Numbered from the stretch's first letter, positions 18,792 to 28,733 are shown. The stretch: 64,000 bases of DNA from Deltaproteobacteria bacterium (GCA_022703355.1 JAKLDU010000001.1:4173-68172); one strand, 5' to 3'. The notes: generated from the sequence alone by a model not told the origin. Numbers and translations are program-made.

Positions 18792-19850
18792 ATGGAGCGT
18801 TCTTCGTTCAACAAGGTCCTCATATTGATCATCGTGCTGCTCGTCAGCGTGATCTTCGTGTCCATGATACGCAATTTCCTCATGGTCATCCTGCTGGCGG
18901 CGATCTTTTCGTCCATGGCCCAACCCCTGTTCCGGCTGTTCGTGCGCCTGTACGGCGGGCGCAGGTCGGCGGCCTCGTTCACGGCCCTCGTGGTGATCCT
19001 GCTCATCTTTCTCCTGCCCCTGGCCGGACTGCTGGGCATCGTGGCGGGGCAGGCCATCAAGATCAGCCAGTCGGTGACACCCTGGATAAACGGCTGGATT
19101 CAGACTCCTTCGGCGATCAAGGAGCTCGTCGGGAGGCTGCCCTTCTCCGAGTACCTGTTCCAGTACCAGGGCGTCATCATCCAGAAGGCGGGGGAGATGG
19201 TGGGCACCCTGGGCACCATGCTGTTCAACAACATCTCCTCGATCACGGTGACCACGCTGTACTCCATCTTCCTGTTCTTCGTGTTCCTCTACACCATGTT
19301 CTTTTTCCTCAAGGACGGGCAGGCCATCCTCGACAAGGCCATGTACTACCTGCCCCTGCCCGAGGACGCCAAAAGGAGGCTGCTCGACCGGTTCACCTCG
19401 GTGACCCGGGCGACGATCAAGGGAACCCTGCTCATCGGGGCCATCCAGGGGAGCCTCGCGGGGTTCGCCTTTCGGGTCGTGGGCATCGACAGCGCCGTGT
19501 TCTGGGCCACGGTCATGACGCTTCTGTCCGTGATCCCCACCATCGGGGCGGCGGGCGTGTGGCTGCCGGCGGTGATCATCCTGGCGGTTTCCGGGGAATA
19601 CCTCAAGGCCCTGGGGCTGCTGGCCTTCTGCGCCCTCCTGGTGGGGTCGGTGGACAACGTGCTCAGGCCGTGGATCGTGGGCAGGGACATCCAGCTCCAC
19701 GAGCTCCTGATCTTTTTCGGGACCCTGGGCGGGATCAGCATGTTCGGCCTGCTGGGATTCATCGTGGGCCCCATCATCGCGGCCCTGTTCGTGACCATCT
19801 GGCAGATCTACGCGGAGAACTTCAAAGACTTCCTGTCCGACGAACGGTGA
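18792..19850 (+). CDS. AI-2E family transporter (PerM/YdiK/TqsA-like permease)
   Basis: 352 aa with ~8 TM segments. Conserved family features: ...ILDKAMYYLPLPEDAKRRLLDRFTSVTRATIKGTLLIGAIQG...VIPTIGAAGVWLPAV...VDNVLRPWIVGRD. RBS GGGAGGGAGTATG. Confidence 0.88.
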   Translation: MERSSFNKVLILIIVLLVSVIFVSMIRNFLMVILLAAIFSSMAQPLFRLFVRLYGGRRSAASFTALVVILLIFLLPLAGLLGIVAGQAIKISQSVTPWINGWIQTPSAIKELVGRLPFSEYLFQYQGVIIQKAGEMVGTLGTMLFNNISSITVTTLYSIFLFFVFLYTMFFFLKDGQAILDKAMYYLPLPEDAKRRLLDRFTSVTRATIKGTLLIGAIQGSLAGFAFRVVGIDSAVFWATVMTLLSVIPTIGAAGVWLPAVIILAVSGEYLKALGLLAFCALLVGSVDNVLRPWIVGRDIQLHELLIFFGTLGGISMFGLLGFIVGPIIAALFVTIWQIYAENFKDFLSDER

Positions 19851-19982
19851 GGCGGGCATGGCGTCCGGCAGGAGCCGCCTGGCTGGGATGACGGCCCGAA
19901 ACCACGGCTTCCCCCCGGGGGTGATTCCAAGCGAGTTTTGAAGCCTCAACTCCAGCGGCGTGAATGTCCCGTTCTTGAGGAG

Positions 19983-21524
19983 CTATTCCACGCGGATCTT
20001 GAAGCTTTTGATCAGGGCGAGCAAGCCCCTGGCCCGGCTCGCGACCGCTTCGCTGGCCGTGGCGGTTTCTTTCACGAGGGCGGCGTCCTGCCGCGTCAGG
20101 GAGTCGATCCCGGAGATGGCCAGGGAGATCCGGTCGACGCCCCGAAGCTGCTCCTCGCTCGCCGAGGCCACGCCGGCGATGAGCCCGCCCGTGTCCTTCA
20201 CCGCGGTGACGATCTCCTCCAGCGCCGCTCTGCCCTTGTTCGCCAGGTTTGTGGCGCTCTCGACCCCCGCCACGGACTCGTCGATGAGCGAGGCGATCTC
20301 CCGGGCCGCTTCGCCCGATCTCCGGGCGAGGTTCCCCACCTCCCCGGCCACCACGGCGAAGCCTTTCCCGTGCTCTCCCGCCCGGTCAGCCTCCACGGAG
20401 GCGTTCAACGCCAGGAGGTTGGTCTGGAACGCGATCTCGCTGATGACCGTGGAGATCCGGGAGATCTTTTTGCCCGACTGGTTCACCTCGTTGATGGCAT
20501 CCACCGCCTCGATGATGACCTGCCCCCCCGCTTCGGCCATCCGGTACGACTCTGCGGACACCTCCTGCGCCTTCGCCGCGCTCCCGGAGGTTTCCCTGAT
20601 CCTGGAGGAAGTTTCTTCGAGGGTGGCGGCGATCCCCTCGAGGGAAGCCGCCCGCTCGGCGGACCGCCGGGAAAGGTCCTGATTCCCCCTGGAGATCTGC
20701 TCCACGGACAGCACGAGGGAGTGTGCCGCAGCGGAGATCTCCGAGATCATCTGCCCGAGCGATGCGGCCATCCTGCTCAGGCACGCCAGTGCGCTGTCCG
20801 CGAACTTTCCGCCCGGGCGTATCTCCACGGTGAGGTCGCCTTCGGATATCGCCCGGGCTGCCCTGGCCACCTCGCCCGGGTCCCCGCCCAGCTGCCTCCT
20901 GACCCCGGCCGCGATGACGAGGGCGATGACCAGGCACAGGATGAAGGCGGCGACGCCGGCGGCGACGATCAGCCGCGTGGTCCTCGCAGCGCTCGCCGCC
21001 GCTTCCGACTGGCTGCGCTTCAGGTCCTCGCCCAGGGCCGCAGTGACCGTGGCGAAGCCTTCCCGCACCTTTTTCAGGGCGGGCAGGGTTTCCCCGGAGT
21101 AAATCCGGAGGGCCAGCGCCCGGTCGTTCGACTCCAGGGCCTCGCCGATCTTCGCGGCGGTGTGGTGCAGGACGGCGTGATGCCGCTCGATGTCCTTCAT
21201 GGGTTCCCCGAGCGCCGGGTTTTCCGCCACGACTGTGGCACTCTCGGGGCTGTAATACCACTTTCCGAACGTGCACCTGTGGGGGTCCGCCTCCGCATCG
21301 AGCTGCCTCGACGAGGGGTCGGCGAGCCCTGCCTGGACGCTGGCAGCCCAGTCGAGGTGGCTCACCTCCCGGTCCTTTATGTCCACCATCACGGAGGCCT
21401 GGCGCTCGATCTCATCGATCCTGCCGGTGATGTGCGTCAGGCTCAGGGTCGTCAAAACAACGGTGACCATCAGCAGGCCCAGAACGGACCCGAATCCCAG
21501 CTCCAGCTTGCTGCTCAGTTTCAT
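19983..21524 (-). CDS. Methyl-accepting chemotaxis protein with a CZB (chemoreceptor zinc-binding)-like domain between TM1 and TM2
   Basis: Start at M22 of ORF 19983..21587. TM1, then HLDW-x25-CTFGKW-x25-HAVLHH (CZB signature Hxx[W]..Cx[F]Gx[W]..HxxxH). TM2, HAMP, then the highly conserved MCP signalling domain ([34 protein letters not shown]). Confidence 0.85.
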   Translation of the reverse strand: MKLSSKLELGFGSVLGLLMVTVVLTTLSLTHITGRIDEIERQASVMVDIKDREVSHLDWAASVQAGLADPSSRQLDAEADPHRCTFGKWYYSPESATVVAENPALGEPMKDIERHHAVLHHTAAKIGEALESNDRALALRIYSGETLPALKKVREGFATVTAALGEDLKRSQSEAAASAARTTRLIVAAGVAAFILCLVIALVIAAGVRRQLGGDPGEVARAARAISEGDLTVEIRPGGKFADSALACLSRMAASLGQMISEISAAAHSLVLSVEQISRGNQDLSRRSAERAASLEGIAATLEETSSRIRETSGSAAKAQEVSAESYRMAEAGGQVIIEAVDAINEVNQSGKKISRISTVISEIAFQTNLLALNASVEADRAGEHGKGFAVVAGEVGNLARRSGEAAREIASLIDESVAGVESATNLANKGRAALEEIVTAVKDTGGLIAGVASASEEQLRGVDRISLAISGIDSLTRQDAALVKETATASEAVASRARGLLALIKSFKIRVE

Positions 21525-21724
21525 CCTGCTCCCCCCCGCATGCGTTTCGCTCCTGCCGTGGCGTTCGATGCCGGGCACTCTGCTCAAGACCTATCGGTTT
21601 ATCGCCCGATAAAATACAGGCGGCAGACTTGCCGGGCACGGGCGGCCGCCGCCGGGAATGCTCCCGCTGGCCTGAAGGGCGCAATCCTCGCCGCGCCGGC
21701 CCCATCGCACCGGCCTTTCCCGGT

Positions 21725-24700
21725 TCACCCCTGCCTGAGCCCGCGGCCCCGCCACAGGAGGTAGATGCCCGGGTAGATGAGGAGCTCGAGGATGGTCGAG
21801 GTGATGACGCCCCCCACCATGGGGGCGGCGATGCGCTTCATGATGTCCGCCCCCGTGCCCGAGGAGAACATGATGGGCACCAGGCCCGCCAGGATCACGC
21901 TCACGGTCATGATCTTGGGACGGATGCGCTTGACCGCGCCCTCCATGATGGCCCCCTTCAGGTCGGCTCTCGTGTTGAGCCTGCCTTCCTGCTCCCAGTG
22001 CCCGTGGGCGAGGTCGAGGTAGAGCAGCATGACCACCCCGGTCTCCGCGTCGAGGCCGGCCAGGGCGATGATCCCCACCCACACGGCGATGCTCAGGTTG
22101 TAGCCCAGCAGGTAGAGGAACCAGAACGAGCCCACGAGCGAAAAGGGCACGGCCAGGAGCACGATGGCCGTTTTGGCCACCGAGCCCGTGTTGAGGTAGA
22201 TGAGCACGAAGATGATGAGGAGCGTCAGCGGGATCACGACCTTGAGCGCCTGCTCGGTTTTCTGCAGGTACTCGTACTCCCCGCTCCACGCGAGGCGGTA
22301 GCCCGGGGGGATCTTCACCGAAGAGGCCCTCTTCTTCGCCTCGTTCACGTACCCGCCCAGGTCCCTGCCCGAGTAGTCGATGTACACGTAGGCGGCCAGC
22401 AGGCCCTGCTCGCTCTTGATCATCGTGGGCCCGCGCTCGACCCGCACGTCGGCGAGCTCGGACAGCGGTATCCACGCGAGGGGCCCGGGGCCCCGCCCCT
22501 CCGGTGCGCCCATGGCCGCCCCCGCCTCGCCCGGCCCCTGTCCCCCCTCCACCGGCACGAGCACGCCGCCGAGCTTCTCGATGTCGTTCCTGAGCTCCCG
22601 GGCATAGCGCAGGTTCACGGGGTAGCGCTGCCTGCCCTCCACCGTGGTGGTGAGGTTCATGCCCCCGACGGCCGACTCCACCACCCCCTGCACCGCCTCC
22701 ACGCTCAGGCCGTACCGGGCGATCTTCTCGCGGTTCACCACGAGGTCTACGTAGTACCCGGTGGTGGCCCGCTCCGCATAGACGCTCCTCGTGCCCGGCA
22801 CGTGCCGTAAGGCGGCCTCGAGCTTTCTGCCGATCTCTTCGATCCGGGCGAGGTCGTGCCCGAGGATCTTGATCCCCACGGGGGTCCTGATGCCCGTGGC
22901 GAGCATGTCGATGCGCGCCTTGATGGGCATGGTGAAGGAGTTCGACACCCCCGGGAGCGACAGCACGTCGTTGAGCTCGTTCTTGATGTCCTCGACGGTG
23001 ATCCCCGGCCGCCACCGGCTCTCGGGCTTCAGGTTGATGACCGTCTCGAACATCTCCGGGGGCGCCGGGTCCGTGGGCGTCTCCGCCCTGCCCGCCTTGC
23101 CGAAGACCGACTCCACCTCGGGCACGCTCCTGATGAGGGCGTCCTGGATGGCCAGGAGCCTGCCCGCCTCCGCGATGGAGAGCCCCGGCGCGGTCACGGG
23201 CATGTAGAAGAGCGTGCCCTCGTTCAACGGCGGCATGAACTCCCGGCCGAGCTTCAGGAGGGGGAAGGCCGTAAGGGCCATGACGAGGAGGGCCGCGGCG
23301 ATGACCCCCGCCGGAAACTTGAGGACGAACAGGGCCACCGGGTGGTAGACCCACCGGAGGAACCTCGAGACGGGATTCCGGTCCTCGGGGGAAATCCTGC
23401 CCCGGATGAAGAGGGTCATGAGGAGCGGCGTGAGCGTGATCGCCAGGAGGGAGGAGAAGAGCATGGCGAAAGTCTTCGTGAAGGCCAGCGGCTTGAAGAG
23501 CCTGCCCGCCTGGGCCTCGAGGGTGAAGATGGGCAGGAACCCCACGGTGATGACCAGCAGCGAGAAGAAGAGCGACGGCCCCACCTCCGTGGCCGCCCGG
23601 ATGATGACATCGGCGCGCGGCGTGCTCCTGTCCGACTCTTCCCACTCCTCGAGCCTTTTGTGGGCGTTCTCCACCATGATGATGGAGGCGTCCACCATGG
23701 CGCCGATGGCGATGGCGATGCCCGAGAGGCTCATGACGTTCGACGTGATGCCCAGGTAGTACATGAGGATGAACGAGACGATGATGGCCACCGGCAGGGT
23801 GAGGATCACCACGAGCGCGCTGGGCAGGTGGAAGAGAAACACGAGGCACACCACGCCCACCGCGAGCGCCAGCTTGACGATTTCCCCCTTGAGGGTGTCG
23901 ATGCTCCGGTAGATGAGGTCGGAGCGGTCGTAGGTGGTGATCACCTTCACCCCCTCGGGCAGGGAAGGGGCGATGTCCCGCTCAAGCTTTTCCCTGACCC
24001 GCTCGATGACCTCGAGCACGTTCTGGCCGAAGCGCACGATCACGATGCCGCCCGCAACCTCGCCCGTGCCGTCCAGGTCCGCCACCCCGCGCCTGATCTC
24101 CGGGCCCACGGCCACGTCTGCCACGCTCTTCACGAGGATGGGCGTGCCGTTTCCGTCCGAGCCCAGGGAGATGTTCCCGATGTCTTCCGCGCCCCTGACG
24201 TAGCCCCGGCCCCGGATCATGTACTCCGCGCCCGAGAGGTCGAGCAGCCTGCCCTCCACGTCGAGGTTGCCTCCCCGGATGGCGTCCATGACGCGGCTCA
24301 ACGGGATGTCGTACGCCTTGAGCCTCACGGGGTCGACGTTCACCTGGTACTGCTTCACGAAGCCGCCGATGGAGGCCACCTGGCTCACGCCGGGCACGCT
24401 TTCCAGGCCGAGCTTCAGGGTGTAGTCCTGCAGGGTGCGCAGGTCCGCGAGGCCGAGCCTGCCCGTCTCGTCTTTCAGCGCGTAGGAGAAGCCCCAGCCC
24501 AGGCTCGTGGCGTCGGGTCCGAGCACGGGGTTGACGTTCGCGGGCACCTTGTTCTTCACGGCCTGGAGGTACTCGAGGACGCGGCTCCTGGCCCAGTAGA
24601 TGTCCGTGCCCTCGTCGAAGATGACGTAGATGAAGGAGGAGCCGAGAAAGGAGTACCCCCTCACCGCCTGCACCCGGGGGGCGGCGAGCAGGGTCGAGGA

Positions 24701-24907
24701 GACGGGGTAGGTGATCTGGTCCTCCACGAGGTCCGGGCTCCGGCCCGGCCAGTCGGTGTAGATGATGACCTGGGTGTCGGAGAGGTCGGGCAGGGCGTCC
24801 AGCGGCATCCGGTTCAGCGCCCAGACCCCCCAGAGCACCGCGCCGAGGGTGAGGAGCAGGACGAGGAAGGCGTTCCGCGCGCTCCACTCGATGATCTTTC
24901 CTATCAT
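21725..24907 (-). CDS. cusA: Heavy-metal efflux RND transporter, CusA/CzcA family (HME-RND)
   Basis: 1061 aa from ATG at 24907 (MIGKIIEWSARNAFLVLLLTL...). 12 TM segments and two large periplasmic loops. Near-canonical CusA/CzcA sequence along its whole length. Confidence 0.95.
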   Translation of the reverse strand: MIGKIIEWSARNAFLVLLLTLGAVLWGVWALNRMPLDALPDLSDTQVIIYTDWPGRSPDLVEDQITYPVSSTLLAAPRVQAVRGYSFLGSSFIYVIFDEGTDIYWARSRVLEYLQAVKNKVPANVNPVLGPDATSLGWGFSYALKDETGRLGLADLRTLQDYTLKLGLESVPGVSQVASIGGFVKQYQVNVDPVRLKAYDIPLSRVMDAIRGGNLDVEGRLLDLSGAEYMIRGRGYVRGAEDIGNISLGSDGNGTPILVKSVADVAVGPEIRRGVADLDGTGEVAGGIVIVRFGQNVLEVIERVREKLERDIAPSLPEGVKVITTYDRSDLIYRSIDTLKGEIVKLALAVGVVCLVFLFHLPSALVVILTLPVAIIVSFILMYYLGITSNVMSLSGIAIAIGAMVDASIIMVENAHKRLEEWEESDRSTPRADVIIRAATEVGPSLFFSLLVITVGFLPIFTLEAQAGRLFKPLAFTKTFAMLFSSLLAITLTPLLMTLFIRGRISPEDRNPVSRFLRWVYHPVALFVLKFPAGVIAAALLVMALTAFPLLKLGREFMPPLNEGTLFYMPVTAPGLSIAEAGRLLAIQDALIRSVPEVESVFGKAGRAETPTDPAPPEMFETVINLKPESRWRPGITVEDIKNELNDVLSLPGVSNSFTMPIKARIDMLATGIRTPVGIKILGHDLARIEEIGRKLEAALRHVPGTRSVYAERATTGYYVDLVVNREKIARYGLSVEAVQGVVESAVGGMNLTTTVEGRQRYPVNLRYARELRNDIEKLGGVLVPVEGGQGPGEAGAAMGAPEGRGPGPLAWIPLSELADVRVERGPTMIKSEQGLLAAYVYIDYSGRDLGGYVNEAKKRASSVKIPPGYRLAWSGEYEYLQKTEQALKVVIPLTLLIIFVLIYLNTGSVAKTAIVLLAVPFSLVGSFWFLYLLGYNLSIAVWVGIIALAGLDAETGVVMLLYLDLAHGHWEQEGRLNTRADLKGAIMEGAVKRIRPKIMTVSVILAGLVPIMFSSGTGADIMKRIAAPMVGGVITSTILELLIYPGIYLLWRGRGLRQG

Positions 24908-24917
24908 GGGAGACCCC

Positions 24918-26234
24918 TCAGTGCTGGTGACCGGCATGCGCGGGGGGCGGCCCCTGTGCCGCCGGGGGCCGCTCCCCTCCGGACGGCGCCGCGGCTCCGG
25001 GCTGCCCGGGGGGTTGCGCGGGCGCCGGCGCGACGCCTCTGAGCTGCGCCTCGGAGTCGATGAGGAAGAGGGCGGACGAGGCGACGCGCTCCCCGGGTTG
25101 AAGCCCCGAGACGATCTCGCGCATGCCGTCGGAGCGCACGCCCGCCGTGACCGCCCGGGGCTCGAAGTTCCCCTCGCCCCGGTCCACGTACACCACCTGG
25201 CGCTGACCGGTGTCCATGACGGCGTCATCCGGCACGAGGAGCCGGCTGCCCAGGTCCGCGCCGACCTCCGCCGTGGCGTACATCTGGGGCTTGAGGAGGC
25301 CGCCCTGGTTGGGCAGGGTCGCCCTCACCCTTAAGGACCGGGTGTCGGCGCTCATGGTGGGGTAGACGTAGTCGAGCTTCGCGTCGAAGGCCCTGCCCGG
25401 CAGGCCGGCGACCGTGACCTTCGCCGGCATCCCCGCCCGGACGACGCCGGCGTCGGGCTCGCTCACGTCGGCGATGACCCACACCTGCGAGAGGTTCACG
25501 AGGTCGAGCAGGGGCTCGCCGGGCATCACCCGCGAGCCCCTCGTCACGTAGCGCTTCACCGCGTAGCCCGACACGGGGCTGAAGATGGTGAGCGTCCGCA
25601 GGGGCCTGCCCGTCTTTTCGATCTCGCGGATCTGGGCGGCGGAGATGTCCCAGAGCCTGAGCCGCTCCCTCGCTGCCTCTTTCAGGCGCTCCCAGTCGGC
25701 GTCCGCCATGGCGCCCAGGGGGGAGGCCCCCCCGGTCTTTTTCGAAGCCAGGAGGCTCAGGAGCTCCTGCTGGGCGGCCTGGAGCTCGGGGCTGTAGATG
25801 CCGGCGACCGGACCGCCCTTCTTCACCCAGGCGCCTTCGAACGGGACGGAGAGCTTCTCCACCCAGCCCTCCACCTTGGTGCTCACCGTGGCGATGTTCC
25901 CCTCGTCGTACCCGATGCGGCCGGCCAGGCGGATGGTCTTCCTCAGGGGGGCGATAACGGCCTCGGTCGTCTTCACGCCCAGGAGGCGCTGCATCTCTTC
26001 GGGGATCTCCACCGTGGGGGCTTCCCCGGGGGGGGCGTTTCCAGTTCCGGGAGGGGTTTCCCCGGACAGGCCCGGCATACTCTCTCCCGGGTCCGCCGCC
26101 GTGGGCGTCTCCCGGGCAGGGTCTGCCCCGGGCGCGTCGTGTCCCGTGCCGCCCCCTCTCAGGTAAAGGAACCCGATGAGAAGGGCGATGAGGAAAACGG
26201 CCGCGCCCCCTGCGATCCACTGGCTTTTTTTCAT
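24918..26234 (-). CDS. cusB: Efflux RND periplasmic adaptor (membrane fusion protein), CusB-like, with His-rich C-terminus
   Basis: 438 aa from ATG at 26234 (MKKSQWIAGGAAVFLIALL...), in-frame within long ORF 24918..27224. Lipoyl/beta-barrel MFP domains. Pro-rich N-terminal linker. C-terminal PPPAHAGHQH. ATGA overlap with cusC stop. ~10 nt before cusA. Confidence 0.9.
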   Translation of the reverse strand: MKKSQWIAGGAAVFLIALLIGFLYLRGGGTGHDAPGADPARETPTAADPGESMPGLSGETPPGTGNAPPGEAPTVEIPEEMQRLLGVKTTEAVIAPLRKTIRLAGRIGYDEGNIATVSTKVEGWVEKLSVPFEGAWVKKGGPVAGIYSPELQAAQQELLSLLASKKTGGASPLGAMADADWERLKEAARERLRLWDISAAQIREIEKTGRPLRTLTIFSPVSGYAVKRYVTRGSRVMPGEPLLDLVNLSQVWVIADVSEPDAGVVRAGMPAKVTVAGLPGRAFDAKLDYVYPTMSADTRSLRVRATLPNQGGLLKPQMYATAEVGADLGSRLLVPDDAVMDTGQRQVVYVDRGEGNFEPRAVTAGVRSDGMREIVSGLQPGERVASSALFLIDSEAQLRGVAPAPAQPPGQPGAAAPSGGERPPAAQGPPPAHAGHQH

Positions 26235-27478
26235 CTGTTTTCCTCCAGGTCCCCGGTGAGGACCCTGATGCGGGCGATGGCCTTTTCCCGCTGCACCCGC
26301 TGTTGCCACAGCAGAAGCTCGTAGTCGAAGGGGGCGTTCAGGGAGGCGAGGGCTTCGGACGCATCCATCCGCCCCGAGGCGAAGAGCGCGATGGCGGCAT
26401 CCACGCTCTGCCGGGCCTTGGGGATGAGCGCAGTGGCGTAGAGTTCGATGATCCGGTCGGCCGCATGCACCATGGCGAGGTTGTCCCTGATCTCGGACGC
26501 GACCTTCAGCTTCGCTGCCTCGAGCTCTTTTTTCGCCCCGGTGAGGTCCCAGGACGACTCCGCAACGAAGGCACCCTGCTTCTGCCGGTAGAAGAGGGGA
26601 AGCGGCACGCTCGCCGTCAATCCCCACATGTCCTCGAACCCGCCCCCGCGGTTCGAGTACTGGCCCATGAGGGTGACGTCCGGCCAGGCCTCCTTCCGGG
26701 CCCGGTCGAGCCTGCTTGCGGCCGCGGTCACCATGCTCCCCTTTTCCGAGAGCTCCGGGGCCTGCTGCCCGGCCTTTTCCACCAGCTCGCCCAGGGTGTA
26801 GGGAAACGGGGTGGGGGTAAACGGGGCCGGCCGCGCCAGGGGCCCCGGATCGAGGCTGCCGGTCTCCCGCCTGAGCAGGGCCTCCGCCGACTCCTTCCTG
26901 GTGCGGGCCATGGCCTCGGCCTCCAGGAGCAGGTACTTGGCGGACTGGGCGGTGATCACCTCCTCCTGGGCGCCGGTGCCCGAGCCGTAGCGCGCGAGCG
27001 CCGCCTCTTCCAGGCGGGAAGCCAGCGGCGCGCGCTCTGCGGTGATGTCGAGCTCGTGCACGGCCAGGACCAGGTCGTAATAGGCCTGGGCGACCCTCCC
27101 GGCGACCTCCCTCCTCACGGCCCGGGCGGACGCCTCGAGCGCCCCGGCCTCGGAGGCGGCCGCCTCCCGCTGCAGCGGGCGCTTGCCCGGGAAGGGGAAG
27201 GTCTGCGACAGGGAGAACATCCACTGGGAGTCCCCGGACTCGCCGTAGGTGTACTTCTCGAAGCCCTCGTTCTGGTAGCCCACCGAGAGCATGGGGTCCA
27301 TGAGGCTCCCTTCCCGGGATATCCTCTGGCGGGCGGATTCGGCCCGGGCTTCGGCAACGGAGATGTCCGGATTGTTTTTCAGGGCGACGGTGACGAGGTC
27401 CTCCAGGCGGAGCTCTTCAGCCCCCGCCGGGAGGAGGGAAACAGCCCAGAGAACGAGCGCGAGCCCCCACGTGCGCAT
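26231..27478 (-). CDS. Outer-membrane efflux protein (TolC/CusC/OprM family)
   Basis: Preferred start is the second in-frame ATG (27478; MRTWGLALVLWAVSLLPAGA signal peptide). The upstream ATG (27538) lies in a 60-bp tandem duplication. Two TolC-type repeats. Ends ...RIRVLTGDLEENR. Confidence 0.88.
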   Translation of the reverse strand: MRTWGLALVLWAVSLLPAGAEELRLEDLVTVALKNNPDISVAEARAESARQRISREGSLMDPMLSVGYQNEGFEKYTYGESGDSQWMFSLSQTFPFPGKRPLQREAAASEAGALEASARAVRREVAGRVAQAYYDLVLAVHELDITAERAPLASRLEEAALARYGSGTGAQEEVITAQSAKYLLLEAEAMARTRKESAEALLRRETGSLDPGPLARPAPFTPTPFPYTLGELVEKAGQQAPELSEKGSMVTAAASRLDRARKEAWPDVTLMGQYSNRGGGFEDMWGLTASVPLPLFYRQKQGAFVAESSWDLTGAKKELEAAKLKVASEIRDNLAMVHAADRIIELYATALIPKARQSVDAAIALFASGRMDASEALASLNAPFDYELLLWQQRVQREKAIARIRVLTGDLEENR

Positions 27479-27546
27479 GAGGCGCCGCCGTTCCTGCCTG
27501 CAACGATGTCCTCCAGCGCCGAGCCCCCACGTGCGCATGAGGCGCC
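27461..27546 (-). repeat. Perfect 26-bp direct repeat (GAGCCCCCACGTGCGCATGAGGCGCC) with 60-bp period, duplicating the cusC-like start codon region
   Basis: Copies at 27461-27486 and 27521-27546. In the coding frame this gives two MRTWGL N-termini (MRTWGLGAGGHRCRQERRRL-MRTWGLALVLW...). Confidence 0.8.
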
Positions 27547-27562
27547 CCCTGCGTCCCGCGCC

Positions 27563-27952
27563 CTAGTGCACGTCGGTGCTGAACTTGACCGCGTTCGTCT
27601 TCCCGCCCTGCTTCACCTTCACGCTCACCTGCCAGGGTCCGGCCATGGAGAAGTTCAGCTTCCCCGTGTAGACCTGGCCGGCCAGGGCGAGGGGCTCCCG
27701 GTAGCTCATGGGGGGCATGCCGGGCATGCCGGGCATCCCGTACTCCACCACGACGGCGGCAGTCGTCACGGGGCGCCCGGCCGCATCCCTGACCGAAACC
27801 GTGACGGGGTTCACGCCCGTTGCGGGCGGATCGCTCCGGAGGGTGACCGTCACGGTGTTCGAGCCCGCCTTCTTCGTGACTTCCAGGCTACCCGCGTACG
27901 CAGCCCCCGCCACCAGGACCATCAGCACCACGATCAGCATTCTTTTCATCAT
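27563..27952 (-). CDS. Small periplasmic Met-rich protein (FixH/YtkA-like fold) associated with the heavy-metal efflux operon; putative Cu(I)/Ag(I) binding
   Basis: 129 aa. Signal peptide MMKRMLIVVLMVLVAGAAYA. Beta-rich body with MPGMPGMPPM motif. Immediately upstream of cusC-B-A on the same strand. Confidence 0.55.
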   Translation of the reverse strand: MMKRMLIVVLMVLVAGAAYAGSLEVTKKAGSNTVTVTLRSDPPATGVNPVTVSVRDAAGRPVTTAAVVVEYGMPGMPGMPPMSYREPLALAGQVYTGKLNFSMAGPWQVSVKVKQGGKTNAVKFSTDVH

Positions 27953-27980
27953 AGATCCTCCGCTATTGTAGTATTAACTA

Positions 27981-28733
27981 ATAACGATAGGTTCATGACA
28001 ACTTTAGCGGGTTTGATCGTAACATTAGGAGGAGCAGTTTGTACACATCTTCATTCCGGTGGTTGAACCTGAACTCGGTCTCTTTCAGATGGAGATAGAA
28101 GGTACTCTTGCTCATGCCTCGAAACTTGGACAACCTCATCTTGGCTATGCCCCAGAAGTTCTCAATGCCATTGATATGAGACTTCCTGGTGACGAATTCA
28201 TCCCTGCCATGGTTCACCCGGTAATGCCTTCTATACCCCAGATCCACAAGACCATCATAGGAACGGAACCTGTCACTGTGGATGATGCTGTTCAAGGATA
28301 CCTTTCCTCGTATAATGGCCTGGAGAGTCTTCCTGGAGCAATCCTGGACGATCTGGGTGTAGACCTTCCCCTGCCTTTTCAGAACTCCAAAAACAGGCGT
28401 CTTGCCTCCTGCTCCACGGCCTCTCTTGCCCCGTACTCTCTTGGCTCCGAAATACGATTCGTCTACCTCGATCTCGCCAGAGAAGGGCGACTCACTCTCG
28501 CACTTCTCAGCCATTCTCTTTCTGAGAGCCTTCAAAATCCTGTTCACGCTGTTCCTGCTCACACCGGTAAGCTCTGCAATTTTCGTCGCCTCAAGATCCA
28601 TGGCAAAATACTTCACAATAAGACGAAAAACCCGCTCAGAAATGTGCGAACGATGACAATACCTGTTAACCCTGTCCATAAGCCAACTTATAGCACCTTT
28701 CACGTGCTAAAGTTGTCATGAACCTAACGATAT
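27981..28733 (-). mobile_element. Intact IS1595-family insertion sequence (~753 bp) with 28-bp imperfect terminal inverted repeats
   Basis: IR-L 27981-28008 ATAACGATAGGTTCATGACAACTTTAGC; IR-R 28706-28733 is its reverse complement with 2 mismatches. Single transposase ORF. Local GC drops sharply relative to the ~68% background. No clean target-site duplication identified. Confidence 0.8.
27993..28703 (-). CDS. IS1595-family (ISXO2-like) DDE transposase
   Basis: 236 aa. N-terminal HTH (TKIAELTGVSRNSVNRILK). DDE_Tnp_IS1595-type C-terminal region (...NSIIHSDRFRSYDGLVDLGYRRHYRVNHGRDEFV...INGIENFWGIAKMRLSKFRGMSKSTFYLHLKETEFRFNHRN). Confidence 0.8.
   Translation of the reverse strand: MKGAISWLMDRVNRYCHRSHISERVFRLIVKYFAMDLEATKIAELTGVSRNSVNRILKALRKRMAEKCESESPFSGEIEVDESYFGAKRVRGKRGRGAGGKTPVFGVLKRQGKVYTQIVQDCSRKTLQAIIRGKVSLNSIIHSDRFRSYDGLVDLGYRRHYRVNHGRDEFVTRKSHINGIENFWGIAKMRLSKFRGMSKSTFYLHLKETEFRFNHRNEDVYKLLLLMLRSNPLKLS

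Noticed and set aside
21725-25228. N-terminal 107-aa extension of cusA in the ORF track
   Set aside because: Low-complexity SR/P-rich. The CusA family N-terminus MIGKIIEWS begins at the internal ATG 24907, right after the cusB stop.
24918-27224. 768-aa ORF fused upstream of cusB
   Set aside because: The upstream part is an R/G/P-rich out-of-context frame overlapping cusC. The real adaptor starts at the internal ATG 26234, with a TM/lipoprotein-like N-terminus.
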